From Thermofilaceae archaeon (GTDB taxonomy: Archaea; Thermoproteota; Thermoprotei; Thermofilales; Thermofilaceae): a DNA stretch of 64,000 nt. The position numbers and the translations under genes were made by a program. The stretch lies in NCBI GenBank assembly GCA_038861545.1, contig JAWCCZ010000002.1, positions 192,001-256,000 of the forward strand. The letters run 5' to 3'. Below are positions 9,146-19,635 of the stretch, piece by piece. The notes beneath the pieces were generated by a model. The model made no database searches and was not told where the DNA came from. It saw only the letters and a list, made by a program, of their open reading frames with translations. Within the stretch, counting starts at the first letter, position 1. Each line of letters begins with the position of its first letter.

Positions 9146-10951
9146 CTACACCCCGATGTAAGCATACCGCTGCTTAAACACTACGTTTACCAGAGTAATC
9201 ACAAACAGCTGAGTAGTTATTAGTAACACACCCAGAGAAGCTACAATATAAGGTCCACCAACTCTCTCAAGGTAATCCATCATAATGTAGGTGATTGGAG
9301 CGCTATGCCTCTCCCCCATCCCGCCTAAACCCCCAAGCGTTACACTGGTGCTTGTTTCACTCATACAGTATACAAAGCTTACCATGACGCCGCTTAGCAG
9401 ACTTAAACCGATTAATGGAAGAACTATATTTATTAGAGTCTTAAACCTTCCTGCTCCCAGGTTCAAGGAAGCTTCTTCCAATGCTATGTGGATTTGTTGA
9501 AGACCTGCAAAAACAGCCCTAGCTGTAAATGGCAACCTCCTTATAGCGTAAGCTAAGACTAATAGCGCCGATGGCCCGCTCGAGATAGGATCCAAGATTG
9601 ATCCCCGGAAAAATGAAGAAAAAAAGTAAAAATACCCAACAGCTAGCACCAGACCTGGTATCGCAACCGGAGAAGTTACTAGGAGATCCAGCAGCTCGAG
9701 TCCTCGAAAACGAGCGATAACGTAGGGGGCTGAGACCCCGATGAAAGCTATTAGGAGTAAAGCGAAAAGCGAGTAGGTTAAACTGTTAAGTATAGCTCTA
9801 GACACTAGGGGGTCTGAAACCATAGAACCTAAATGCTCAAGTGTAAATCCTTCAGGTAGAGGGCCTGTCCACCGCTCAGCGAACGCATAGGCGAAGACTG
9901 CTAGCTGTGGGAAAGCAGAGAACACTAGTAGGGGTGTTAATGCTGTATATACTGCCAGTTTACCTTTTAAACCCAGCCTAGTTACCCTTGGCTTCCACCT
10001 ACCACCCCTACTTAGCATAGCGTACTGCTTCAAAGTCACGTACTTCCTGATAATAGTGAATATAACTAAGGCAAGCATTAGTAAAATCACGGCCAGCTGA
10101 GCGGCAGCCGGTGAAAGCTGACCGGTTGTAGCCTCGATAAATCGGTTAAAAACCTGATAGGATATTAGCCTATGCTCGTTAAATACTATTGGCGCAGCTA
10201 CATCCTCTAACGAGAATATGAAAACCAGTGCAGCACCAGCGGCGAGGCCAGGTAAGGATAAGGGTAAGGTTACTGTTCTGAATAGTCTTAAACTCTTAGC
10301 TCCAAGGTTCTCGGCTTGTTCTTCTAAACTCGGATCAATGTTAACCATGCTAGCGTAAACGTTGAGGTAAACTAAGGGATAGAAAGTCATAATTTGCGCT
10401 ACAGCGACTCCTGCTAATTCCGTAATCCCCAATCTAATGGGTAAACCTAACACGTCGCAGATAAGCCATGATACGATGCCGTCCCTCCAGTCAAATAGCT
10501 TCCTTATTACAAATGAGTTTATAAAAGGTGTTTGAAGAAGAGGTACAGTGGCTAAGATTCTCAGTGCTTGCTTACCCTTAAAATCGTACCGCGCGAAGAT
10601 AAATGCAACGATGACACCGATAACACTGGCGGCGAAGGTTACTACCAGGCCGTTTAAAATAGAGTTAACGACTGCACTGAAACTAATGCCTGTAATCTTG
10701 AAAACAGTAACCTGTCGACCTCGGAACACCACACTACTGGCTGTTAAAAGATTGCTTTTCGGTTTAAGGTCGAAGTAAGTTGGATCATTTAGTAGGTAAG
10801 CCGGATTGTAAAGAGAAGCTGCATAAATAACCGACGCTAAAGGGGCTACTAAGAGAAACATAAACATTAAAACTGGTAAAACTATCAGGATGACTAGAAA
10901 AGGATCAAAGTAGAAAAATAATCTATCTGGTTTACGGAACACACTTTGCAC
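9146..10951 (-). CDS. ABC transporter permease (FbpB/AfuB type, duplicated TMD)
   Basis: Two EAA-like motifs (LEEQAENLGA, LEEASLNLGA) and about 12 TMs. Confidence 0.9.
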   Translation of the reverse strand: MQSVFRKPDRLFFYFDPFLVILIVLPVLMFMFLLVAPLASVIYAASLYNPAYLLNDPTYFDLKPKSNLLTASSVVFRGRQVTVFKITGISFSAVVNSILNGLVVTFAASVIGVIVAFIFARYDFKGKQALRILATVPLLQTPFINSFVIRKLFDWRDGIVSWLICDVLGLPIRLGITELAGVAVAQIMTFYPLVYLNVYASMVNIDPSLEEQAENLGAKSLRLFRTVTLPLSLPGLAAGAALVFIFSLEDVAAPIVFNEHRLISYQVFNRFIEATTGQLSPAAAQLAVILLMLALVIFTIIRKYVTLKQYAMLSRGGRWKPRVTRLGLKGKLAVYTALTPLLVFSAFPQLAVFAYAFAERWTGPLPEGFTLEHLGSMVSDPLVSRAILNSLTYSLFALLLIAFIGVSAPYVIARFRGLELLDLLVTSPVAIPGLVLAVGYFYFFSSFFRGSILDPISSGPSALLVLAYAIRRLPFTARAVFAGLQQIHIALEEASLNLGAGRFKTLINIVLPLIGLSLLSGVMVSFVYCMSETSTSVTLGGLGGMGERHSAPITYIMMDYLERVGGPYIVASLGVLLITTQLFVITLVNVVFKQRYAYIGV

Positions 10952-10958
10952 CCAACTT

Positions 10959-12398
10959 TTAGCCGCCTAAGGATTTTAGAACGGTAGAATAGCGGTCAAT
11001 CGCTGCGCGCTTCCACATAGTAATCAATACATCTTTAAAAGCTGCATCGGATTGAAACTTTTCACATATGGATATTGCATAGTCCTGAGTAAATGTAACG
11101 TTTTCAGATGTTAAAGGATCTGTAAAATTGAGTGGAGCAGTAATCGCGTCCACATACTTTTGATACTCACTCTCCGAAAGCTTACCGGAGAAATAATTGG
11201 CAAGTAAGGCTTTCCAAACGGCTCTCAAGTAATCCTTCACCTCCACAAGCGTGGCTCTAAAGTACCACTGCATAACCGGCTCGTAAGACAATGCCAGCGT
11301 ATCGTTAAACTCGATTGAAGGGGTTTCTAAGGCTCTTTCATAAGCTTCTTTCAAGTCAACTCTACTCGAACCTTCAGGAGTCTCAAAAACCCGTGGATTC
11401 GCTGGTAATCTATTTATCTCGGGGTCCAACCATATTTTCTGCCCCTCTGTTAAGACCCATGCAATAAAAGCCTGCGCAGCCTCCGGGTTTTCACTCCCGA
11501 TGACGAGAGCTATCGGGTCACCGTTAACTATACTTTCACCTTCTGGTACTATATATTCACAGTCCGGGTTAATATACTTGGCAGTATAGCCATAGAAATC
11601 GATCGTTATTGCAGCTGCGGCATCACCTTGAATCACCGCGTCTCGAGCATCACCGCTACCAGGGTAAATTTCCGCGTTCGCGGCCATCAGAGTTAAAAGC
11701 CTCCAACCCTCGTTCCACCCATAGCGTTGAAGGATGATTTCATACATTCGAGTATGGCTTGTGCTTTGAGTAGGGTCAGCTATAGCAAGAGCCGGTTCAT
11801 TAAACTCCACAAGAGTTTTACCCAGCGTAGGGGAAGCCAAGTCTGACCAGCTACGTGGAACGGGGAGATTATAATCCCTTAATCTTACATGGTTAACTGT
11901 GAAACCAAAGCTGGAGATAGCGGCTGCTACCCAGTATATTTCACCGTTCTTCATGCGCTTCATAGGTACACCCATAATTTCATCAGGCACTTGAGTAGCC
12001 GCCTCTATAGCAGCTTTAGATGTTAAAGGCGCTAATAATCCTCTCTGAAATAGTGAATCGAAAAGTGTTGGCCCTCCGCCCCATGCTACATCAGCTTTCT
12101 CACCGGTAATGTAACTTTCCCACAAGCCGGGTGGTAATCCAACTGTTTTTAAATCCGTAATATTGTATTTTTTAGCCACGTCACTGGATAGGAACATTCG
12201 ACGTGCCTTCACAAGTATTTCAGTTGGATGCCTACTTATTACAACCAGCTGTACACTTTTTGATAGTTGATCGCCTGGAGGGGTTTCAGTGGGCTGGCTT
12301 GGAGTGGGTGGTTTCTGAAATAACAAAATCATGATAATTAATCCAACTGCTAATACTGCTATTAGTGCAATCGCTATGGTTTTGCTAATACCTTTCAT
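10959..12398 (-). CDS. ABC transporter substrate-binding protein (FbpA/AfuA family), N-terminally anchored
   Basis: N-terminal TM with Pro/Thr linker; DVAWGGG, P-x-SW-x-DL and ADPTQSTS motifs; operon position. Confidence 0.85.
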   Translation of the reverse strand: MKGISKTIAIALIAVLAVGLIIMILLFQKPPTPSQPTETPPGDQLSKSVQLVVISRHPTEILVKARRMFLSSDVAKKYNITDLKTVGLPPGLWESYITGEKADVAWGGGPTLFDSLFQRGLLAPLTSKAAIEAATQVPDEIMGVPMKRMKNGEIYWVAAAISSFGFTVNHVRLRDYNLPVPRSWSDLASPTLGKTLVEFNEPALAIADPTQSTSHTRMYEIILQRYGWNEGWRLLTLMAANAEIYPGSGDARDAVIQGDAAAAITIDFYGYTAKYINPDCEYIVPEGESIVNGDPIALVIGSENPEAAQAFIAWVLTEGQKIWLDPEINRLPANPRVFETPEGSSRVDLKEAYERALETPSIEFNDTLALSYEPVMQWYFRATLVEVKDYLRAVWKALLANYFSGKLSESEYQKYVDAITAPLNFTDPLTSENVTFTQDYAISICEKFQSDAAFKDVLITMWKRAAIDRYSTVLKSLGG

Positions 12399-12483
12399 CG
12401 TGACTAATTACATAAGGGGCAAATAAACCTCACGATTACCAAGAAAACGATAAACTTTTATACTGTGACGCGGTAAACTCTCC

Positions 12484-13692
12484 GTGGGAAACAAAACATT
12501 AGCAATAATTATGATAACGAGCTTCGTGATCGCTTTAACCGCTTCCCCATTATCCCTTTCAGCACCAGTTGGCATTCCAATTTTGATAGACCTGAGCCAT
12601 AAGCAACCCTCGATGGGTGTTGACGTAATTATCAAAATGGTACCTGAAGCACAATGGTATGTTTTAGTTAGCAGTAAAGATGCGGCGGATGCTCTTCCCG
12701 CTACAATTAAAGAAAACTCTGTGGTTCTGGTAGGTGATTTCTCTACTGTCGACCTAGAGAAACTCGGGATAGTAATGGTTATTTTCGGTCAACCTCAGAC
12801 CACTTTAAAGCCAGAAGAAATTACCGCTTTAGCGAAGTGGTTCCTTACAGACTCTGGAAGAACGCTCTGGGTTTCAGCCGATAGCGACTATCCAGCTCAG
12901 GGTGGTGAACAATCTCAGCACGTTGCTAATGCTATCCTAGAAGCTGTAGGCGCTCACCTTAGGATGGATTACACTGCTGCTTACGATTCTCTCAGTAACG
13001 CCGGTGGCGCTACGTACAGGGTTTTAGCCTTTGTCAACGTTAGTGAAATACCCGTTCTCAGGTATGGTTGTGATCGTGTGCTCTTCCACGGCCCAGGTCC
13101 GGTAGCCTGGGTGGATGACGCAGGCAAGTGGCATAAATTATTGCCAACTGAAAAACCTAAGAATACTTTTATAATTGCATCGACAAGCTCTGAGTCTGAG
13201 ATAGTTGAAAATCAAGCGGAGCCTCAAGGAACTACAGCAAAAGTGTACAAGCCAGGGGATAGAGGCTCTTTCGTGCTGATGGCGGCGGAATACATACCGG
13301 TGAAAAACGCTTCTAACATAGTTATTCTTTCAGGAGAAACTCCTTACGGTGGCTACCAGCCGGGAGCTACCTGGAGTTACTATGGAATTAGAATAAGTGG
13401 TCCACGATTTGTTCGAAACGTGATACTCTGGGCAACAGGCTACATGGGCGAATTAAAAGAATATGAAAAGTTGGCTAAGCTACCTGAAGAGATTTTAACA
13501 AGAGTAGAGACACTGAGTAAGGAAATTAGCTCAAGGGTAGAGACTCTAAGCAGAGATCTCACAAATAGGGTTGATTCAGCTATAGCTGGAGTTTCCTCTA
13601 CCCTAAACTTGGCTTTAGGTTTAGCCGCTATTGCTTTGATTCTAGCTATAGTAGCTTTAGCGTTATCATTCAGGAAACCGAAATCAGGTTAA
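12484..13692 (+). CDS. Cell-surface protein with GATase-like/GldG-type ectodomain, coiled-coil stalk and C-terminal TM anchor
   Basis: Signal peptide, ILIDLSH start, EEITALAKW, heptad/hendecad repeats, TM and basic tail. Confidence 0.6.
   Translation: MGNKTLAIIMITSFVIALTASPLSLSAPVGIPILIDLSHKQPSMGVDVIIKMVPEAQWYVLVSSKDAADALPATIKENSVVLVGDFSTVDLEKLGIVMVIFGQPQTTLKPEEITALAKWFLTDSGRTLWVSADSDYPAQGGEQSQHVANAILEAVGAHLRMDYTAAYDSLSNAGGATYRVLAFVNVSEIPVLRYGCDRVLFHGPGPVAWVDDAGKWHKLLPTEKPKNTFIIASTSSESEIVENQAEPQGTTAKVYKPGDRGSFVLMAAEYIPVKNASNIVILSGETPYGGYQPGATWSYYGIRISGPRFVRNVILWATGYMGELKEYEKLAKLPEEILTRVETLSKEISSRVETLSRDLTNRVDSAIAGVSSTLNLALGLAAIALILAIVALALSFRKPKSG
13501..13580 (+). repeat. 33-nt / 11-aa tandem repeat inside the stalk-coding region
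   Basis: RVETLSKEISS-RVETLSRDLTN-RVDSA; DNA units begin agagtagagac / agggtagagac / agggttgat. Confidence 0.75.
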
Positions 13693-13730
13693 TTAAATTG
13701 AAATTTTTATTTTAAAATTTTTCCTCTTAA
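13693..13730. terminator. T/A-rich tract between convergent genes, probable archaeal terminator region
   Basis: ttaaattgaaatttttattttaaaatttttcc directly after the stop codon. Confidence 0.45.
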
Positions 13731-13760
13731 TACAAGTTAAACACTTATACTTTGAATAAA

Positions 13761-13973
13761 TTAGCCTCCCGAAACGACTGGTATAAGCTTTAAATGTGAG
13801 GGATTCTCAATAGCCTTGTCGTCAGGCACGACCCTCCCGTTGAGCACGGCTACGTACTCGGAGGGATTCAGCCCTATACGTTTGACTACGCTTTCAACAG
13901 TTTCCCCCACCTTAATCTTTAAGGACTTCTCACCTAAGCGTATAACCTCAACTTTAACTTCAACCTCCTCCAT
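13761..13973 (-). CDS. MoaD/ThiS family ubiquitin-like protein (SAMP-like)
   Basis: 70 aa beta-grasp-like sequence, VLNG motif, C-terminal PVVSGG. Confidence 0.9.
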   Translation of the reverse strand: MEEVEVKVEVIRLGEKSLKIKVGETVESVVKRIGLNPSEYVAVLNGRVVPDDKAIENPSHLKLIPVVSGG

Positions 13974-14012
13974 ATTCTAGGTGATCGTGAACCCTCGGTA
14001 ATAAAACTTGAG

Positions 14013-14741
14013 TTAATAAATCATAGGTAAAAAGGGACCAAATATCCTAGCAAGCGAAGTGTACTGGGGAACATATACCTTTTCCCTCCCTTTGACAATT
14101 GCATCAAGTATTGCCTTAGCTACTTGCTCGGGTTTTATAGGTTTCACCCAGCTTGGCGGGGGGCTACCAGCCCTTCGGTGGAATTCTGTATCAATTACAC
14201 CCGGGTAAACTGAAACTACTCTAATCCCTTTCGACTTTAACTCTCTACGGAGAACCTCCGTAGCATAGTGTAACGCTATTTTCGTTGCTCCGTAAGCTGG
14301 AAGCTTTAACATGAGAAAGTGTAGCCCAGTGGTTAAAACGTTGACAACAGCCGAGTTATTATGGAGAAGTGGAAGCAGCTTCTTCGTCAGATTAATAGGC
14401 GCAATAAAGTTCACTATCGTCATTGAAATCAACTCCTCATCGCTGTGCTCTAACAACTCTCTGTAAAGACCAAAACCGGCGTTGTTAACCAGTAGATCAA
14501 CCTTACCTAGACTGGCTTGAGCTTTACGGAAAACCATGTTTAAGCTTTCAGGTTTTGAGAGATCTGCAACTATGTAATCGAAGCGCTCTCCAAACATGTT
14601 ACTGAGATCCTTTAGAGGTTCCTCCCTTCTAGCTATACCTAGAACCTTTGGGCTGCTAAAACGACTACAGACCTCGATACACAAGGCTTTACCTATGCCT
14701 GACGACGCTCCCGTGATTACTGCTTTCATAGCATTCCCCAC
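14013..14741 (-). CDS. Short-chain dehydrogenase/reductase
   Basis: TGASSGIG, NNAG and YGATK (YxxxK) motifs. Confidence 0.9.
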   Translation of the reverse strand: MGNAMKAVITGASSGIGKALCIEVCSRFSSPKVLGIARREEPLKDLSNMFGERFDYIVADLSKPESLNMVFRKAQASLGKVDLLVNNAGFGLYRELLEHSDEELISMTIVNFIAPINLTKKLLPLLHNNSAVVNVLTTGLHFLMLKLPAYGATKIALHYATEVLRRELKSKGIRVVSVYPGVIDTEFHRRAGSPPPSWVKPIKPEQVAKAILDAIVKGREKVYVPQYTSLARIFGPFLPMIY

Positions 14742-14781
14742 CGGTTCTTAAAGGCAGAGAAACAATCTTTCTGAAAAATTA

Positions 14782-15429
14782 CTATGAGCTTCTGCTTTTC
14801 CTAAGCTTATAGAGAGCTACCTCGGCCTTAATGGTCTCCGACGGCAGCTTGTTAGGTATTCCAGCAGCTCTAGCTAGCACGTAGACCTGAGCGGCTCTCT
14901 CCACACAAACTAGGATATCAAAAGCTTCCATTATATCCCTACCACAAGTGAGTATACCGTGGTTAGCCATGATCACGGCGCTTCGATCGCCTAATGCTCC
15001 TACCACATTATTGGCAAGCTCTTGAGAACCGAAGATAGCGTAATCTGCAACTTTCACTCCGCCGCCCACATATATTGCAAGCTCCTCTACAACTGGTTCA
15101 AGATCTACACGTAAAACGCCGAGAACAGTTGCATATATTGGATGAGCATGGATGATCGCCCTCACGTCCTGCCTATTCTTGTAAACTGTTACATGTAATG
15201 GCAGCTCGACGGATGGTTGACCAGTCCCCTCTAAAACCTCTCCCTCTTCATTAACTAGCAGCACATCCTCAGGCTTCATGGACGCTTTCCTAGCCCCTGT
15301 AGGCGATATCAGGTACTCGTTTTCAGAAACTCTAACGCTTACGTTTCCACTGTAGCCGTAGTTAAGATTTTTCTCTTCCATAAGCCTGAAAACAGTTACT
15401 ATCCGTTCCCGCTCAGTTAGGTACCTCAC
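14782..15429 (-). CDS. Class II aldolase/adducin family (FucA-like)
   Basis: SGNVS, PSVELPLH, HAH and NHG zinc ligands. Confidence 0.9.
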   Translation of the reverse strand: MRYLTERERIVTVFRLMEEKNLNYGYSGNVSVRVSENEYLISPTGARKASMKPEDVLLVNEEGEVLEGTGQPSVELPLHVTVYKNRQDVRAIIHAHPIYATVLGVLRVDLEPVVEELAIYVGGGVKVADYAIFGSQELANNVVGALGDRSAVIMANHGILTCGRDIMEAFDILVCVERAAQVYVLARAAGIPNKLPSETIKAEVALYKLRKSRSS

Positions 15430-15455
15430 ATGTTAACCCACCTGCAAGATACACT

Positions 15456-16532
15456 TTAATTTTCCTGTGGATGCTCAGATTCCCCAAGAGGTAACTTCAC
15501 TACTTGACCTGTTCTGCCAGATTGATAAACCGCCTTTATCAGCTCCAAACTCCTTCTGCCTTCAATACCGTCTACTCGGGGTTTACCGTCCAACGCTACA
15601 GATTGAGCGAAATCCTTTATGAGCTTTGTATGGTTATCTACTGGAACTGCCTCGGGTCTAGACCATGAGGCCAGCCCAGATTCCCTACGTCTCTCTTCGC
15701 GAGTTTCTTCACCTCTCATGACTAACATTTTTAACTCAGCTCCCTCGATAACCGCTGTACCTTCTGTCCCATGAATTTCAAGTCTAGTTGGTAAGCCAGG
15801 GTAAATGGCTGTTGCTCCCTGCACAACGCCAAAAGCTCCGTTTTTAAACTTCAGTGCAGCTACAGCGAGGTCCTCCACCTCAATGTTATGAGCGAATGTA
15901 CCAGTTAACCCCCAAAGTTCCTCCACGTCTCCCATAAACCAAAGAAGTAGATCGATCGTATGTATAGCTTGGTTGATTAAAGCCCCGCCCCCCTCCGTCG
16001 CCCACCTGCCTCTCCAGTCGCTCCGCTCATAGTATTCTTGAGGTCTAAACCATTCGACAACCGCTTCGCCCATTATTAACCTGCCTAGCTTCTCTTCCTC
16101 GATCAAGCCCTTCAACTTTTCTATAATGGGGTCGAACCGATACTCAAAAATCACGCCTAGCTTCACTCCTTTCTTTTCAGCCCTTCGAATCATCTCATCC
16201 GCTTCCCTAAGGCTAACGGCCATCGGTTTATCGACTAGCACATGGAAACCAGCTTCGATCGCCGCTAAAGCTTGAGGAAAATGCAAGTAATGAGGTGTCG
16301 AAATAGTTACGACATCGAAACCCCCTTCGTTAAGCATTTGTTCGAAGCTTGTGTACCATCGCTTTACTCCATACTTTCTGGCGAACTCCTCAGTTTTTAT
16401 CGCTTTCCTTCCCGCTACGGCTACGAGTTCTGCCGAACCTTCCCTTTTTAACAGTTGTAATGCCTTGGCTACAAAATCCCCTCCAACACCGGTTCCCACT
16501 AAACAAAATCTTATCATCAACCGAGTAAGCAT
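15456..16532 (-). CDS. Gfo/Idh/MocA family oxidoreductase
   Basis: TPHYLH, VDKPMA and GGGALINQAIHTID motifs. Confidence 0.9.
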   Translation of the reverse strand: MLTRLMIRFCLVGTGVGGDFVAKALQLLKREGSAELVAVAGRKAIKTEEFARKYGVKRWYTSFEQMLNEGGFDVVTISTPHYLHFPQALAAIEAGFHVLVDKPMAVSLREADEMIRRAEKKGVKLGVIFEYRFDPIIEKLKGLIEEEKLGRLIMGEAVVEWFRPQEYYERSDWRGRWATEGGGALINQAIHTIDLLLWFMGDVEELWGLTGTFAHNIEVEDLAVAALKFKNGAFGVVQGATAIYPGLPTRLEIHGTEGTAVIEGAELKMLVMRGEETREERRRESGLASWSRPEAVPVDNHTKLIKDFAQSVALDGKPRVDGIEGRRSLELIKAVYQSGRTGQVVKLPLGESEHPQEN

Positions 16533-16660
16533 GCGTAAGATAAAACTCTTACATTTATTTTTGGATGGTTATGCACTGAAGACTATCAAGCGACTATTAA
16601 GTATTGATGAAGCTCGAAAACGGAGCATTGCTTTTTAATATTTAGACATGAATTCAATGT

Positions 16661-16948
16661 ATGCTCAGTTTCGGTCCTGATGTTGAGCGGCTAGCTAGAA
16701 AGCTGGTAGCAGGCTACATGGTCTACTTCTCTTACGATCTGCTTAACTCAGAGGGGAGGAAGATTTTCGAGGAGATGGCTAGGATGCTTATACACGAACA
16801 TCCAGAGTTGAAAAACATAGTCGTGAAAGCTAGGAAGAATCCTACACTCGAAAACGTGATGAAGATTGCTGAAAGGATTCTGGGCCCGGAGGCTCGGATT
16901 TTGCTAAGAAACTCTGTTAACGGCCCATATAGTTACTACGAGCTTTAA
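16661..16948 (+). CDS. Hypothetical protein
   Basis: 95-aa ORF with typical composition, preceded by a TATA-like ttttaata. Confidence 0.65.
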   Translation: MLSFGPDVERLARKLVAGYMVYFSYDLLNSEGRKIFEEMARMLIHEHPELKNIVVKARKNPTLENVMKIAERILGPEARILLRNSVNGPYSYYEL

Positions 16949-17010
16949 TATCAGGAGCCTGGATCCGCTCATAGCTTAGCTCGCTGCTTCCAACCTTCAT
17001 CACAGGCTGA

Positions 17011-19635
17011 CTATTTCCGTTTACTATTAAAGTTGACTACTAGTTTATATGCTTCGATAGACACAAATGGAATTGTTATATACGGGACAATTTCCAGTAG
17101 CTCATTAAAGGTAAGTGGGGTTAATTCAAATACTGTGGATAGCGGCGTGTAAATTGGAATAAGCGACAGTGCAATTCCAGCCAGTATACTTAGAAAAAGC
17201 AGCTTGTTTACAGTCTTCAGTTTAAAGAAGGGAAGTTTTTCACTCCTGAACGCATAAGAGCTTATAGTTTCTCCAAGACAGAAGAAAGCGAAAGCGGCAG
17301 TTCTAGCCTTAATTATCCCTATTGGGAGAAAGACTAAAAGCATAAAAATCGTTAAGCTAGCCGTCAGCGCTCCAATACCGGTGTAAGCCGCGATCCTCCT
17401 AAGAGATATGAGCCGTTCACCTATCCCACGTGGTGGCCGCTCCATTACACCGGGTTCCTCAGGCTCCAAACCCAAAGCTAATGCTGGTAATGAATCTGTA
17501 ACCAGGTTTATCCATAATAGCTGGGAAGCGGACAATGGCACCGGTAGACCTAGAAGCTCGGCGCTCAATACAGCAAACACTTCGCCAAGGTTGCAGGATA
17601 ACAGAAAATCTATTGGCTTCTTCACGTTCTCGTATATAATCCTACCCTGCTTCACAGCCTCAACTATAGTTGAATAATTGTCATCCGCGAGTACCAAGTC
17701 TGCAACCTCTTTCGCTACATCAGTACCCTTAATGCCCATGGCTACACCCACGTCAGCAGCTTTCAATGCTGGAGCATCGTTTACGCCATCCCCAGTCATA
17801 GCGACTACATACCCTTTCCGCTTCAGGGCTCTTACTATACGTAACTTATGGGTTGGAGTTACACGCGCGAATACGCTTACAGTTTCAAGCGCTTTTTCAA
17901 GCTCCTCATCACTCATCCGATCAACCTGGCTTCCCTTCAGAGCAGCACCGGTATCTATGCCGACTTCCTTAGCTATGGCGCTAGCTGTTAACTCGTGATC
18001 ACCCGTAACTATGATTGTTCGTACACCAGCATGCTCAGCTAAATCGACAGCCTCTTTAACGCCTTCGCGGGGTGGATCCCATATCGCGAGCACTGCTAGG
18101 AACACCATATCTTTTTCAATATCATCTACATCAGCATCCACCAGCCATGCATCACCTATCCTGTAAGCCGCGCCTAAAGTCCTGTAACCCTTGGATGCAT
18201 AAGCTTCAATTGCATCTAAAAGGGCTTTTTCAAGCTCTTGTGTTAAAGGTTGCTGCTCCCCATTAACTTCGATCTGCGAACAGCGTTTAAGTAAGAGCTC
18301 TGGGGCGCCGAAGGTTGCTACAAACACTCTACCGTTGGGTAAACTGTGAAGAGTGCTCTTCCGCTTTCTAACTCTATCGAAATGAAGAGTTCTCAGCCTT
18401 GGATACTTATCCGCTATGTCAAACCCCTTCCTTAGGGAAAGATCTTTCAATGCAACCTCTGTGGGTTGACCTCTAAGGATTATTTTACTACCGGATTTTT
18501 CGACGGCGACATCGTTATAAATAGCGCACATGTAGAGGAGCCGCTCGACCCCTTTGCTTTCAGGTAAACTACTGTTCATACTTACCGTAGAGTTTACATC
18601 CAAGTCCTTTAAGTCGATGAAGATCCTTCTAACCTCCATCTCCCCTTTAGTTATAGTACCGGTTTTATCGCTGCAGATCACGTTGCAAGCCCCTAAGGTT
18701 TCAATAGCAGCTAACTTCCTCACTATCGCGTTAACCTTAGCCATTCGAAGCGCCCCAATCGCCAGTATGGCAGTTGCTATTGCTGGCAAGCCCTCGGGAA
18801 CAGCGGCTACGGCAAGTGCTGCAGCTGTTAGCATTGCATCGGCTAATCCCTCTCCTATGGCTAGCTCTAACAGGAAAACAAGGGCGCAAAGAGCCAATAA
18901 GAGACCGCCAATCCATTTCCCGAAACGATCAAGTTCAACTTCTAAAAGAGTCTTCTGAGCCTCGACCTGTTCCAAGCTAGCCGCTATCTTACCTAGCTCA
19001 GTCGACATGCCTGTAGCTACTACGACGCCTTTACCTGCGCCTTTGACGACATAAGTTCCTGTAAAGACTATGTTGGATCGCTCGTAAACTTGGGCATCCT
19101 CCGGCAGCACTTGACTTGGATCCTTTTCTACCGGAATGCTTTCCCCAGTTAAAGGTGATTCATCGACTTCTATGTTCTCAGCTTCTATCAACCTTAAATC
19201 CGCTGGAACTCTATCTCCTTCGCTGAGAATTACGATATCACCGGGTACAATAAATTTAGCTTCAATTAATTTAACTTGACCATCCCTGATAACTTTAGCT
19301 TTGGGTGCAGCCATTTCCTTAAGAGTTTGAACAGCTTTTTCCGCCTTGTACTCTTGCAGGAAACCAGCTACCGCCATTAGGATGATGATGCCCACGATTA
19401 ATACTGAATCTAAAACCTCTCCAAGTGCGAAGGACAGGAGAGTTGCCGCTAATAGGATATACACAAGAAAGCTCTTAAACTGGCTCAGAAACATTAGAAT
19501 AGGGTTAACGCGTTTACCTGCAAGCTCGTTGAAACCATATTTTCGAATTCTTTCCTCTGCCTCTTGCTCGGTAAGCCCCTTTAGCGAAGTACCCAGTTTC
19601 GCAAGCGCTTCATTAACGCTAACTGAGTGCCACAT
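17011..19635 (-). CDS. Cation-transporting P-type ATPase (type IIA, Ca2+-like)
   Basis: TGES, PEGL, DKTGT, TGD, GDGVND and WINLVTD motifs; start set at ATG 19635. Confidence 0.95.
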   Translation of the reverse strand: MWHSVSVNEALAKLGTSLKGLTEQEAEERIRKYGFNELAGKRVNPILMFLSQFKSFLVYILLAATLLSFALGEVLDSVLIVGIIILMAVAGFLQEYKAEKAVQTLKEMAAPKAKVIRDGQVKLIEAKFIVPGDIVILSEGDRVPADLRLIEAENIEVDESPLTGESIPVEKDPSQVLPEDAQVYERSNIVFTGTYVVKGAGKGVVVATGMSTELGKIAASLEQVEAQKTLLEVELDRFGKWIGGLLLALCALVFLLELAIGEGLADAMLTAAALAVAAVPEGLPAIATAILAIGALRMAKVNAIVRKLAAIETLGACNVICSDKTGTITKGEMEVRRIFIDLKDLDVNSTVSMNSSLPESKGVERLLYMCAIYNDVAVEKSGSKIILRGQPTEVALKDLSLRKGFDIADKYPRLRTLHFDRVRKRKSTLHSLPNGRVFVATFGAPELLLKRCSQIEVNGEQQPLTQELEKALLDAIEAYASKGYRTLGAAYRIGDAWLVDADVDDIEKDMVFLAVLAIWDPPREGVKEAVDLAEHAGVRTIIVTGDHELTASAIAKEVGIDTGAALKGSQVDRMSDEELEKALETVSVFARVTPTHKLRIVRALKRKGYVVAMTGDGVNDAPALKAADVGVAMGIKGTDVAKEVADLVLADDNYSTIVEAVKQGRIIYENVKKPIDFLLSCNLGEVFAVLSAELLGLPVPLSASQLLWINLVTDSLPALALGLEPEEPGVMERPPRGIGERLISLRRIAAYTGIGALTASLTIFMLLVFLPIGIIKARTAAFAFFCLGETISSYAFRSEKLPFFKLKTVNKLLFLSILAGIALSLIPIYTPLSTVFELTPLTFNELLEIVPYITIPFVSIEAYKLVVNFNSKRK

